The notes under the pieces are model-generated. The model did not search any database. It saw nothing but the letters and a program-made list of their open reading frames with translations, and was not told where the DNA came from. Positions 1-9,635 of a DNA stretch of 64,000 nucleotides are shown piece by piece. The first letter of the stretch is position 1. The number at the start of each line of letters is the position of its first letter. Both the position numbers and the translations under genes were made by a program. The stretch is from Terrimicrobiaceae bacterium (GTDB taxonomy: Bacteria > Verrucomicrobiota > Verrucomicrobiia > Chthoniobacterales > Terrimicrobiaceae). The stretch lies in the NCBI GenBank assembly GCA_041752695.1, contig JBGSVZ010000062.1, positions 32,001-96,000 of the forward strand, written 5' to 3'.

Positions 1-32
1 CCGCAGGAAATTTTTTTGAAAAATCTTTCCGC

Positions 33-761
33 TCACACACATCCCAGGAGTTCGGCCAGTTCGCCTTTGATTTCCTCAGGCGTGGGATTTTCGAGAGTGA
101 GGGCGACCTGCTCAAAGAGAAGTTTGCGCCAGCGTTCGCGCAGGCGGAAGACCTTGTTCTTCAGCGTGCCGATGGGAGTGGCCAGGGTGAGGGAGATTTC
201 TTCATAACGCCGCTCGGGTTCCGCGCCGAATCCCAGGAAGGGCCGCAAGGCCTCGAACAAGGCGGACTGGCCGCCGGCGGCGTATTCCGCGGCGAGAAGC
301 CGAAGGGAGTCGTCCAGCACCGTCAACGCCCACCGGCGCTGAAACAAGCGGTCCGGAGCGAGGGAATCCACCTGCTCCAGCGCGTACCGTTCCTCCGCCT
401 CCGCGGGATCAAAACGAACCAGAACGGCTGCCCCGCGTTTCTGCGCCATGGCACGGTCCCGTTCGTCCGCCTGAAAATTTCGCGCACACGCGAGGAGAAA
501 CGTGCGCAGTCGACCCTTGTCAGGATTGGCGGCAGCGAGAATCTCATGGGTCAGCAACCTAGCGAAAAATCCCTGGGTGAGATCCTCCGCATCCTGCGCA
601 TTCTTCGAGGAACAGCGGAAATAGGCATAAAGTGGATACCAGTAAGACTCGCACAAAGTGGCCATGGCCTGCCGCCCCGCCAGATCGTCGCCCTCGACCG
701 CACGCCGGACGACACTCCAACTGGTCGTCTGAAAAGAATGCCCATGTAGGGATGTTGTCAT
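33..761 (-). CDS. ECF-type RNA polymerase sigma-70 factor (Verrucomicrobia/Planctomycete type)
   Basis: FQTTSWSVV...LCESYWYPLYAYFR...DAEDLTQGFFARLL (region 2) and YEEISLTLATPIGTLKNKVFRLR (region 4). Start placed at ATG 761 rather than ORF-track 809. Confidence 0.9.
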   Translation of the reverse strand: MTTSLHGHSFQTTSWSVVRRAVEGDDLAGRQAMATLCESYWYPLYAYFRCSSKNAQDAEDLTQGFFARLLTHEILAAANPDKGRLRTFLLACARNFQADERDRAMAQKRGAAVLVRFDPAEAEERYALEQVDSLAPDRLFQRRWALTVLDDSLRLLAAEYAAGGQSALFEALRPFLGFGAEPERRYEEISLTLATPIGTLKNKVFRLRERWRKLLFEQVALTLENPTPEEIKGELAELLGCV

Positions 762-983
762 GGTTGTAAACGGGCCACGACGGATGCCCATGGGCGGGCA
801 CCGATACACAAAAGGAACGCTGCTGGCAAAGAACGAAAAATGCCGCTGATCTTGCCGTCCGTCACCAGACGACGGATTTTATCGGAGCTGCCGCCGGCAG
901 TCGTCGAAAGACCGGGGCGAACGATTCTCCGGACCAAATATATTGGACCCGCAATTTTCCTCCACTCGTCGTATAATTTAGAA

Positions 984-2222
984 GTGGACTTGCTTACCCT
1001 CCAGCAACTCGGTGTTTCCCTCGGCCTCGGCCTCCTCCTTGGGCTCGAACGCGAACGCAAGGAACGTTCCATCGCGGGCATCCGCACCTTTCCTTTCATC
1101 GCCCTGTTCGGCACGGTCTGCGCCCAAGTCGGACAGAGCTTCGGAGGGTGGATCGTCGCGGGCGGACTGCTTTCCCTTGCCGCCGTGGTGATTTTTGCCA
1201 ACCACGTCAAAACGAAGGCCGGGGCCGTCGATCCCGGCATGACGACCGAAATTGCCGCGCTGCTGCTTTATGTCGTCGGAGCTCTCATCGTCGTCGGCAG
1301 CATGAGCGCAGCCATCGTGATTGGGGGCGTGATGGCGCTCATTCTGCACCTCAAACAACCCATGCACGGTTTTGCCGCCGCCGTGGGCGAACGGGACATG
1401 CGGGCGATCATGCAATTTGTTGTGCTTACGCTCATCATTCTGCCCGTGCTGCCGAACCGCGACTTCGGACCTTATGCGGTTTGGAATCCCTTCAAAATCT
1501 GGCTCATGGTGGTGCTCATTGTTGGCATCAGCCTCGGTGGCTACGTGGCCTACAAACTGTTCGGATCCAAAGCAGGTACGCTCCTTGGCGGAGTGATCGG
1601 CGGGCTGATTTCCAGCACCGCTACTACCGTCAGCTACGCGCGCCGCTGCGCCGCAAAAGCCGCCCTCGCTCCACTAGCCGCGCTTGTCATCATGATCGCG
1701 TCCAGCCTGTCGCTCGCCCGCGTCATTGTGGAAATCGCCGCCGTCGCGCCAGGATCGCTCGCCGAGATGGCCCCTCCCATTGCGGTCTTGCTCGGGATCT
1801 GCATCCTCATTTCCGGAGCCCTGTATTTTCTCGCCCCGAAAGATGCCGGTGAGATGCCCGAGCAAAAAAATCCCGCCGAGATGAAATCCGCCTTCGTTTT
1901 CACCGCGCTTTATGCTGGTGTCTTGCTGGCCGTGGCGGCGGCCAAAGACCATTTCGGATCGGCCGGCCTTTACGCGGTGGCCGTGATTTCGGGACTCACC
2001 GACATGGACGCGATCACCCTTTCCACCGCGCATCTCGCAGAGGCCGGAGGCGTGGACAAAAACACCGCTTGGCGCGCCATCGTCATCGCGGCCATGGCGA
2101 ACTTTGTTTTTAAGTTTGGCGTCGTCGCCGCGCTCGGTCGGGGAGCCCTGAGTTCGCGCATCGCCGTCGCCTTCGGGCTCGCCATTGTCAGCGGCGGGCT
2201 GTTGATCTGGCTTTGGCCTTAG
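984..2222 (+). CDS. MgtC/SapB family + DUF4010 membrane protein
   Basis: LGLGLLLGLERE...AGIRTFPFIAL, GMTTEIA, LPVLPN, GGLISSTATT, SGLTDMDAITLS motifs. GTG 984 lies 6 nt after TATAAT (972-977). Confidence 0.88.
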   Translation: MDLLTLQQLGVSLGLGLLLGLERERKERSIAGIRTFPFIALFGTVCAQVGQSFGGWIVAGGLLSLAAVVIFANHVKTKAGAVDPGMTTEIAALLLYVVGALIVVGSMSAAIVIGGVMALILHLKQPMHGFAAAVGERDMRAIMQFVVLTLIILPVLPNRDFGPYAVWNPFKIWLMVVLIVGISLGGYVAYKLFGSKAGTLLGGVIGGLISSTATTVSYARRCAAKAALAPLAALVIMIASSLSLARVIVEIAAVAPGSLAEMAPPIAVLLGICILISGALYFLAPKDAGEMPEQKNPAEMKSAFVFTALYAGVLLAVAAAKDHFGSAGLYAVAVISGLTDMDAITLSTAHLAEAGGVDKNTAWRAIVIAAMANFVFKFGVVAALGRGALSSRIAVAFGLAIVSGGLLIWLWP

Positions 2223-2223
2223 T

Positions 2224-2342
2224 TGGGAGGTCGGAAGTCGGAAGTCGGAAGTCGGAAGTCGGAGTTCGGAGGTCGGAGTTCGGAGTTCGGATTTCGGAGT
2301 TCGGAGTTCGGTGTTCGGTGTTCGGTGTTCGGTGTTGAGCAT
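2224..2342 (+). repeat. Heptamer tandem array (TCGGAAG)4-(TCGGAGT-like)7-(TCGGTGT)4
   Basis: 15 clear 7-bp units at 2231-2335 plus one degenerate unit on each side; fills the whole intergenic spacer. Confidence 0.97.
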
Positions 2343-4573
2343 TGGCGGTTAAGAGGGAAAACTTCCCTCCCTTGCCATCCACCGCCCCATCGCCCGCCGA
2401 CGGCCTGTCCGGCTTGATCGAACGCGTCACTTTCCACAGTGAAGAGACGGGGTTTGCCGTCCTGCGCGTGAAAGTAAAAGGCCACCGCGATCTGGTCACC
2501 GTCATCGGCTCCATTCCCTCTGTCACCGCCGGCGAATGGCTGACCGCCGAGGGCCGCTGGGTGCGCGACAAAGATCACGGGCTGCAGCTCAAGGCGGACT
2601 TTCTGAAGTGCAGCGAACCCACCTCAATCGAGGGCATCGAAAAATATCTCGGCAGTGGCCTGATCAAGGGGATCGGGCCGGTCTATGCGAAAAAACTCGT
2701 CGCGCGTTTTGGTGAGAAGGTTTTTGAAGTCATCGAAACCACCTCCGCGCAGCTTGAGCAGATTGATGGCATCGGGCCCGGACGCCGCCGCAAGATCAAG
2801 GAGGCCTGGGCCGAACAGCGTGTGATTCGGGAGATCATGATTTTCCTTCACTCGCACGGCGTGGGAACCAGCCGCGCCACGCGCATTTACAAGACGTACG
2901 GCGAAGCCGCCATCGAGACGGTCCGGTCGAATCCGTACCTCCTCGCGCAGGATATCACCGGAATTGGTTTCAAAACCGCCGATCAGGTCGCGCAAAAGCT
3001 TGGCATCCCCGCCGATTCTCTCATCCGCGCCCGCGCCGGTCTCCGTCATATTCTGCTCGAAGCCACCGGCGCCGGTCACTGCGCGCTGCCCCGCGAAACC
3101 CTGCTGGAACAAACCGCCAAGACCCTCGAGGTGGGCGATCTCATCGTTACGGAAGCCCTGGCGCGGCTCATCTTTGATGCCGAGGCCGTCGAAGACGTCA
3201 TCACGGGCGAGCCCCTCATTTTCCTGCCCGCCCTGCGCGATGCTGAGGCGGGCATTGCCACACGGATGGCGCGCCTGGCCGCGTCTCCCCCAAACTACCC
3301 CGCCATCGACATCGCCAAAGCCATCGCCTGGTGCGAAACCAAGACCGGCACGGTCCTTGCGGCATCCCAGCGCGCGGCGATAGCCGAGGCCATTTCCCAC
3401 CGGGTGTTGGTGATCACCGGAGGGCCCGGGGTGGGCAAAACCACCCTGGTCAATTCCCTGCTCGTTATCCTGCGCGCGAAAAGACTTTCCTGCCTGCTTT
3501 GCGCCCCCACCGGTCGCGCCGCCAAACGCCTCACCGAGACCACTGGCCTCGAAGCCAAAACGATCCACCGCCTGCTGGAATTTCAGTCCGGTGGCGGATT
3601 CGTCCGCGGACCGGACCGCCCGCTCGAGTGCGACCTTCTGGTGGTTGACGAGACCTCCATGGTGGACGTGCCGCTTTTTCACAAGCTCCTCGCGGCGCTC
3701 CCAACCCACGCCCACCTGCTGCTAGTGGGGGACGTGGATCAGCTTCCCTCCGTCGGTCCGGGTGCCGTGCTGGCTGATCTCATCGCCTGCGTGCCCGTCG
3801 TGCGTCTGACGGAAATTTTCCGCCAGGCGGCCTCCAGTCGCATCATCGTCAATGCCCACCGCGTCAACCAGGGACAGATGCCGGAAGACTCGCCGGGCGA
3901 CTCCGATTTTTATTTTGTCGAGCGCGACTCCCCGGAAGCCGCCCAAAACACCCTCGTCCAGTTGGTGCGCGAACGCATTCCCGCCAAGCTCTCCTGCGAC
4001 CCCCTTCGCGACATTCAGGTACTCTGTCCCATGAACCGCGGCACCCTCGGTGCGCGCACCCTGAATGCCCTCCTGCAGAATGCCCTCAACCCGCTCCGCC
4101 CCGGGGAGATGGCGGTGGAAAAATTCGGCTGGCAGTTCCGCCTGCGGGATAAGGTGATCCAAACGCAAAACAACTATGACCGCGAGGTCTTCAACGGTGA
4201 CATCGGCCAGATCACCGCCCTGGACCATGCCGAGCGTGAAGCCGTCGTCCGCTTCGAGGGACGCGACGTCGTGTATGATTTCGGGGAGCTCGACGAAATC
4301 TCCCTCGCCTACGCCATCACGATCCACAAATCCCAGGGCTCCGAATTTCCCGTCGTCGTCCTGCCCGTGTCGATGCAACATTTCCTCCTTCTCCAGCGCA
4401 ACCTCGTCTATACGGGCCTCACTCGCGGAAAGAAGATGGTTGTCATCGTAGGCGAAAAAAAAGCCCTCGGCCTCGCCGTTCGGAATGGTCAGACCAACAC
4501 CCGCCACTCCGGCCTTCTTGCCCGCCTGCGCCTCGCCGGGTCCCGGCTGTCTCAGCCGGGGTCGGGCACCTGA
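2342..4573 (+). CDS. recD2: ATP-dependent RecD2-like SF1B DNA helicase
   Basis: LIERVTFHSEETGF, YLGSGLIKGIGP, Walker A TGGPGVGKT, VVDETSMVD, GDVDQLPSVGPG, AYAITIHKSQGSEF. Exact start uncertain. Confidence 0.95.
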   Translation: MAVKRENFPPLPSTAPSPADGLSGLIERVTFHSEETGFAVLRVKVKGHRDLVTVIGSIPSVTAGEWLTAEGRWVRDKDHGLQLKADFLKCSEPTSIEGIEKYLGSGLIKGIGPVYAKKLVARFGEKVFEVIETTSAQLEQIDGIGPGRRRKIKEAWAEQRVIREIMIFLHSHGVGTSRATRIYKTYGEAAIETVRSNPYLLAQDITGIGFKTADQVAQKLGIPADSLIRARAGLRHILLEATGAGHCALPRETLLEQTAKTLEVGDLIVTEALARLIFDAEAVEDVITGEPLIFLPALRDAEAGIATRMARLAASPPNYPAIDIAKAIAWCETKTGTVLAASQRAAIAEAISHRVLVITGGPGVGKTTLVNSLLVILRAKRLSCLLCAPTGRAAKRLTETTGLEAKTIHRLLEFQSGGGFVRGPDRPLECDLLVVDETSMVDVPLFHKLLAALPTHAHLLLVGDVDQLPSVGPGAVLADLIACVPVVRLTEIFRQAASSRIIVNAHRVNQGQMPEDSPGDSDFYFVERDSPEAAQNTLVQLVRERIPAKLSCDPLRDIQVLCPMNRGTLGARTLNALLQNALNPLRPGEMAVEKFGWQFRLRDKVIQTQNNYDREVFNGDIGQITALDHAEREAVVRFEGRDVVYDFGELDEISLAYAITIHKSQGSEFPVVVLPVSMQHFLLLQRNLVYTGLTRGKKMVVIVGEKKALGLAVRNGQTNTRHSGLLARLRLAGSRLSQPGSGT

Positions 4574-4625
4574 TTTCCCAGCTTACGCCCGCAAAAAATT
4601 CCTTCCCCGGGCAAGGGATATCAAC

Positions 4626-4654
4626 TTGCCAAGCCCCGATCACTCCCCTACTTT
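4626..4654 (+). promoter_or_regulatory. sigma70-like promoter of tRNA-Val
   Basis: TTGCCA-17 bp-TACTTT just upstream of the tRNA. Confidence 0.55.
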
Positions 4655-4668
4655 CTCCCTCTCGTTTC

Positions 4669-4740
4669 GCTCGGTTAGCTCAGTGGTAGAGCATCGCCTT
4701 CACACGGCGGGGGTCGTAGGTTCGAAACCTACACCGAGCA
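4669..4740 (+). tRNA. tRNA-Val(CAC)
   Basis: Acceptor stem GCTCGGT/ACCGAGC, D arm GCTCAGTGGTAGAGC, anticodon arm TCGCC-TTCACAC-GGCGG, T arm GTAGG-TTCGAAA-CCTAC; CCA not encoded. Confidence 0.95.
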
Positions 4741-4747
4741 ATTTTTC

Positions 4748-5977
4748 TTACCGTCGGCGTTTACGCGAACTGCCGAAGGACATTCCCTTGTGCGTCCGCA
4801 CTCCCTTGGCGCCCTTGAGGGCGGCCGTGACCAGATCCTCATTGAAGATGGCGGAATAGACGTAGGGGAAATCCTCGAGCTTCATCCGTGGCACTTTTTG
4901 CGCGATGAAACGTTCGATATCCTTCACGTGAGGCAGTTCCTCGGCGGTCATGATGGTGAAGGCGTCGCCGACATTCTGGGCCCGGCCGGTGCGGCCGATG
5001 CGGTGGACATAATCCTCGGGATGCTGCGGCACGTCGTAGTTGATCACGTGACTCACCCCGGCGATGTCGATACCGCGCGCGGCGATGTCCGTTGCGACCA
5101 TGACCTCGTAGCGGCCGGCTTTGAAACCTTCCAGCGCTTCGACGCGCTCGCTCTGGGTCCGGTTGGAATGCAGGACGGCCACGGAGTGGTTTTCCTTTTT
5201 CAGCTGACGGGAGATCCGGTCCGCTCCGTCCTTGGTGCGGCTGAAAATGAGGACACTGTCAAAATTCGTGCGGGCGAGCAGGGCGATGAGGAGGTCAAAT
5301 TTCTGATCGGCTGCCACGGGGTAAAGCGCGTGATTGACCGTATCCGCCGGCGATTGGCGCGCGCCGATTTCGATTTTTTCCGGGTCCTTCAAGCACCAGG
5401 AGGCCAGGCGGCCGATTTCCTCGGGGACAGTGGCGGAGAAGAGCAGCGTCTGGCGCTTGGTGGGGCATTTTTCGACAATGCGCCGCACGTCAGGGAGGAA
5501 TCCCATGTCGAGCATGCGATCCACTTCATCGAGCACAAGAACTTCCAACGCTGTCAGATCGACTCCGCCTTGTTCCATCAAATCGAGCAGGCGTCCGGGG
5601 GTGGCAGCGATCACATCGCAGCCGGCGGCCAGCATCTCCTTTTGTTTGCCGTAGCCGACGCCGCCATAAATCAGGGCCGTTTCCAGATGCATGAAGCGGG
5701 AAAAATCGCGAAAGGCCGTTTCCACCTGCATGGCGAGTTCGCGGGTGGGCTCGAGGATGAGGCAGCGGGGCTGTTGTTTGGGCGAGTCCAGGCGCGACAG
5801 GATAGGCAGGCCGAAGGCGGCGGTTTTCCCTGTGCCGGTCTGGGCCGAGGCGATCAAATCCCGACCCGCCAAAATGACGGGAATGGCCCGAAGCTGAATG
5901 GGTGAGGGATCGAGATACCCCATGCGCTGAACTCCATGCACGACGGCATCCGATAATCCCAAGTCTTGAAACGACAT
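4748..5977 (-). CDS. DEAD-box RNA helicase (RhlE-like)
   Basis: Q motif, AQTGTGKT, PTRELA, TPGRL, DEVD, SAT, ARGID, HRIGRTGRA; start MSFQDLG at 5977. Confidence 0.93.
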   Translation of the reverse strand: MSFQDLGLSDAVVHGVQRMGYLDPSPIQLRAIPVILAGRDLIASAQTGTGKTAAFGLPILSRLDSPKQQPRCLILEPTRELAMQVETAFRDFSRFMHLETALIYGGVGYGKQKEMLAAGCDVIAATPGRLLDLMEQGGVDLTALEVLVLDEVDRMLDMGFLPDVRRIVEKCPTKRQTLLFSATVPEEIGRLASWCLKDPEKIEIGARQSPADTVNHALYPVAADQKFDLLIALLARTNFDSVLIFSRTKDGADRISRQLKKENHSVAVLHSNRTQSERVEALEGFKAGRYEVMVATDIAARGIDIAGVSHVINYDVPQHPEDYVHRIGRTGRAQNVGDAFTIMTAEELPHVKDIERFIAQKVPRMKLEDFPYVYSAIFNEDLVTAALKGAKGVRTHKGMSFGSSRKRRR

Positions 5978-6027
5978 ATACGGAGGTGTGATTATCAGAT
6001 TTTTCCCATCCACGCCCACATATTTCG

Positions 6028-6861
6028 TCAGGCGTCGCCTTCCGCCGCCCTCGCACGAATGGCACCGTCCGCGGAAATCCGCCCGCTCCTCTTCCCCTCA
6101 CGAGCCTGAAAGTGCCGCATGGCTTCGGCCACTCCGTCGGCCCAGCGGGACCTGGCGACATAACCGCCGGAGGCCCGAACGGCGTCTTTCACCAGCGCGA
6201 TGGCGTTGGAAGGGCACGCGGTCATGGCCGCCGCCAATCCATCCAGCATCGAGAGGTCATTGTAGTGGTCCCCGGCGGCCAGCACGTCTTCCCGCGCCAC
6301 GCCTTCCAGTCGGCACAGCTCTTCCAAAGCCGCACCCTTGTGGTAGTCGCGGTGGCAAAAACGCAGATAGATCGTGTTGCGCTGAAACGTAAACTCCGGG
6401 TGGTGGGCGGCCGCCCGCTCGATCTCTCCCGCCACCCGCTCCATCACCTCTTCCGTCGTGGTGATCAGTCCCGCGGGCAGGTCGTTTTCGTAGAGAAGGG
6501 AAAAGTGGGGAATTTCCTCCGCCAGTTCGTGCACGAAAGAAAAAATTTTGTCCGCTTCCTGGAAAAGTTCCGTGTGCCGCTGACGGCAGGTTTCATTCCA
6601 GGGACCATGCGCGACCCATCCGATTCCCTCTCCCCGGCGGAAGACATCGCGTTCATTGGTCAGCAAAAAATCCGGGGAGACTGGTGGACGGAAATGTTCG
6701 AGCCCCTGCAGGGTGTGTTCCAGGCTGCGGCCGGTATTAATCGCCCAGAGCCCGCCCCGGCCCGCATGGTCGTCCAGCGCGGCGGCAAAGGACGCGGAAC
6801 ACCGGCCTTCCGTTCCCGGCTCGATCAGAGTGCCGTCAAAATCGGTGCTGATCAATCTCAT
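6028..6861 (-). CDS. HAD-superfamily (subfamily IIB/Cof-like) hydrolase
   Basis: N-terminal DFDGT, NTGRS, KGAAL, GDHYNDLSM motifs. Confidence 0.88.
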   Translation of the reverse strand: MRLISTDFDGTLIEPGTEGRCSASFAAALDDHAGRGGLWAINTGRSLEHTLQGLEHFRPPVSPDFLLTNERDVFRRGEGIGWVAHGPWNETCRQRHTELFQEADKIFSFVHELAEEIPHFSLLYENDLPAGLITTTEEVMERVAGEIERAAAHHPEFTFQRNTIYLRFCHRDYHKGAALEELCRLEGVAREDVLAAGDHYNDLSMLDGLAAAMTACPSNAIALVKDAVRASGGYVARSRWADGVAEAMRHFQAREGKRSGRISADGAIRARAAEGDA

Positions 6862-6939
6862 GAGCGGCGAAATCTACACCGAATCATTCGTCCGGCAATT
6901 TTTCTGTGCCGGTGCGCGTCCCCAGCGTAAGCTGTCATG

Positions 6940-7212
6940 ATGAAATCCGCCTACGAACTCGCCATGAGCCGGCTCGAAAAACAAGCACCCACCCGCGAAC
7001 TCGCCGAGGACAAAAAGGCCCTCATCGCCGAGGTGGATTCCGAGATCACGGCGAAGATCGCCGAGAAAAAAGTCTTTTTGGAAGGGGAGATCAAAAAGTC
7101 CGCCGGCGACCCACTGGCCCAGGACGAACTGCGCCGCCAGCTCGCTTCGGAAATCGCCCGCCTGGAGGAAAAACGAGAGCAGAAGAAGCAGAAGATCCGC
7201 GACGGCGAATAG
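6940..7212 (+). CDS. Small coiled-coil hypothetical protein
   Basis: MKSAYELAMSRL start and charged helical composition; TAAGCT -10 box 6 nt upstream of ATG 6940. Confidence 0.8.
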   Translation: MKSAYELAMSRLEKQAPTRELAEDKKALIAEVDSEITAKIAEKKVFLEGEIKKSAGDPLAQDELRRQLASEIARLEEKREQKKQKIRDGE

Positions 7213-7215
7213 AGC

Positions 7216-7250
7216 GAACTCCGAACTGGGAACGAGGATCGGGGAGGGGA
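7216..7250 (+). repeat. Degenerate heptamer array (GAACTCC-GAACTGG-GAACGAG-GATCGGG-GAGGGGA)
   Basis: 7-nt periodicity starting 3 nt after the stop codon at 7212. Confidence 0.55.
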
Positions 7251-7341
7251 AAGCGGCTTTCCGCCTGCCTCGGGATCGTTCGGCGAGAGCAATTTTGATG
7301 CGCCGGTTGAGCGCGGCGGGCCTTTGACCCGCTCCATGGGC

Positions 7342-8706
7342 CTACGCTGGTTCGGCGACGAGGTCGTAGACTTGCGAGCCGGTCACCCGTGCGTTGATAA
7401 ATTCCCCCACGGGAGAATTGCGGGTGAGGACGACCCGGCAGTCGACGTCGGGCGCATCGTGTTCGCTGCGGGCGATGCGGGGTTGTTCGACCAGAACGCG
7501 AACGATTTTTCCCTGCTGGGCGGCGGCAATTTCCGATGCGATGCGCTGCTGGAGTTTCATCGCCTCGCGGTGGCGGCGGTTTTTGATTTTGTCGGGCACC
7601 TGGGCCTCCATTTTCGCCGCACGCGATCCCTCTTCCTGCGAGTAAGCAAAGATCCCGAGCCGTTCAAAACGCACGGTTTCCAAAAACTCCAGCAAAGAGG
7701 AAAAGTGTTCTTCGGTTTCTCCGGGAAATCCGACAATGAACGTCGTGCGAATGGCCAGGCCGGGGATACCGGCGCGGAGCCTGGCGATCAGATTTTCGAT
7801 GTGTTCGCGGGACGTCTCCCGGCGCATGGTCGCCAGCATGTCGCCGTGGATGTGCTGGAGGGGCATATCCACGTATTTGGCCACTTTGGGATTCCGTGCA
7901 ATGGCCGCAATCAACTCGTCGCTCCAGTGCGCGGGGTGGGTGTAGAGCAGGCGGATCCAGAAGTCGCCTTCGATCTGCCCAAGATCATCGAGCAGGCTCA
8001 CCAACGTGGGACCACGGGTCGAGTCAATCGGCTGGCGCGGCCCTGCCTTTTGCTCCCAGAGGTCCATGCCGAAGTAGGTGGTGTCCTGACTGATCAGGTT
8101 GATCTCCTTCACGCCGTCGGAAACGAGATGGCGCACTTCCGCGGCCACGGATCCAATCGTGCGGCTGCGATGGCGTCCGCGCATCTGCGGAATCACACAA
8201 AAGCTGCAGGGGTGATTGCAGCCCTCCGCGATTTTTACGTACGTCGTGTGCCGCGGGGTCAGGCGGAAGCGCGGGGTGTCGTAGTCGGGGATGTATTTCG
8301 AGCGCGGAGAAATGAGGGAAAACGGCGTAGGGTCTTTCTTGGCCAGCACTTCGTGGAAAATTTCGCCCGCGGCCGTGATCTGGTCGAGGCCGATGAAGGC
8401 GTCCACTTCGGGCAGTTCGCGAGCCAGTTCGTCGCGGTAGCGCTGGGCCAGACAGCCGCTGACGATGAGTTTCTGCTCCGGCCGCCGCCTCGCTTCGAGA
8501 ATGGCGTCGATCGATTCCTGTTTGGCGGAATCGATGAAACCACAGGTATTCACGACGATCACGTCCGCCTCGTCGGCGTCCGCGGTCACTTCAAATCCCC
8601 GCGTGGCGGCACCACCGAGCATGATCTCGGCGTCGACCAGATTTTTCGCGCAGCCGAGGCTGATCATTCCGACCTTGGGAGGCCGGGCTTTGGCAACTAG
8701 ACTCAT
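7342..8706 (-). CDS. rimO: Ribosomal protein S12 methylthiotransferase RimO
   Basis: SLGCAKNLVDAE, VNTCGFIDSAKQES, radical SAM CNHPCSFC, RTTFIVGFPGE, C-terminal TRAM with APDVD. Confidence 0.96.
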   Translation of the reverse strand: MSLVAKARPPKVGMISLGCAKNLVDAEIMLGGAATRGFEVTADADEADVIVVNTCGFIDSAKQESIDAILEARRRPEQKLIVSGCLAQRYRDELARELPEVDAFIGLDQITAAGEIFHEVLAKKDPTPFSLISPRSKYIPDYDTPRFRLTPRHTTYVKIAEGCNHPCSFCVIPQMRGRHRSRTIGSVAAEVRHLVSDGVKEINLISQDTTYFGMDLWEQKAGPRQPIDSTRGPTLVSLLDDLGQIEGDFWIRLLYTHPAHWSDELIAAIARNPKVAKYVDMPLQHIHGDMLATMRRETSREHIENLIARLRAGIPGLAIRTTFIVGFPGETEEHFSSLLEFLETVRFERLGIFAYSQEEGSRAAKMEAQVPDKIKNRRHREAMKLQQRIASEIAAAQQGKIVRVLVEQPRIARSEHDAPDVDCRVVLTRNSPVGEFINARVTGSQVYDLVAEPA

Positions 8707-8718
8707 TACGACCGCGGG

Positions 8719-9411
8719 TTACTGGACCCGGCCGTCCGGGTCAAGCCCGCCGCCAACAAAAAATGCCGCCCGCTCGTCCGGGGTGGCGGCCGGAGTTGCC
8801 AGATTGGCGGAGACTGGCGCAAAGACTTCCAAGGTGTTTTCGGAGAGGGATTCGTTCAAAATGGCCACATCCTCTGCCACCAGGGCGGGGGCCGGAGGCG
8901 GCGGGGCGGGAACGGCTTCCGCCGGTTTGATTTCGGCGCTTTCCGCCGGCTGACCGAGACCGAGGCTGTCGAGTTTGCGAATGGTCAATACGAGCTGCAG
9001 GGCCAGAAAACCGATCACCAACACGGCGGTGGCGGCAATTAACGCAGGGAATAGGCGACGGCGGGGTTTGATCCGGCGAGCGGCCGGAACGGTGACGCTG
9101 TCCACGCCCAATTCGTCCAGATATTGATACCCCCCTGCGCCGCACTCGCCGCTTTCCGGCAGGTCGGCTTTGATGTCCGCCATGGCCACTCCGAGGTATT
9201 TGGCGTAGTCGCGGAGAAACATCCGGGCGTAACTCGGATGGGGACAATGGGAATAATCGTCCGCCTCCAATTCCCGCAGCCGTTGCGCACGGATCCGGGT
9301 GTCGTGCGCCGCCTTTTCCAGGGGCAATCCCCGCTTCTCCCGGGCGGCGGCCAGCCGCTGCCCCAAAGTCTTTCCATCTTCCTGATTTACAATGCTTTCA
9401 ATGCGAGCCAT
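8719..9411 (-). CDS. RodZ-like HTH (HTH_25) single-pass membrane protein
   Basis: LGQRLAAAREKRGL...TRIRAQRLRELEADDY...YARMFLRDYAKYLGV, then one TM segment; next to rimO. Confidence 0.8.
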   Translation of the reverse strand: MARIESIVNQEDGKTLGQRLAAAREKRGLPLEKAAHDTRIRAQRLRELEADDYSHCPHPSYARMFLRDYAKYLGVAMADIKADLPESGECGAGGYQYLDELGVDSVTVPAARRIKPRRRLFPALIAATAVLVIGFLALQLVLTIRKLDSLGLGQPAESAEIKPAEAVPAPPPPAPALVAEDVAILNESLSENTLEVFAPVSANLATPAATPDERAAFFVGGGLDPDGRVQ

Positions 9412-9635
9412 GGCTGCAAAAATTCCTGGTGTTTGTTTGTCGTCCCGAAACAAAGTTGCGTAATTGCGGGGCCCGGCAGACCGGGGGGTGTTGCATGCCG
9501 CACTACGTTCATCTTGATTGTTGTTCATTCCGCCTTTTCTTCGAAAACACAAGGGAAAAACCCTGGCGTTGAGGGGAATTGCGCGATTTCTTCCGATCGC
9601 AACTGGTTATGGGCCTTCCGGTCCCGCAAGCGGGT

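Noticed and set aside
2188..2578. ORFs with SELRTPN/TSDFRLP peptide repeats
   Set aside because: Artefacts of the stop-free heptamer array; they overlap real genes.
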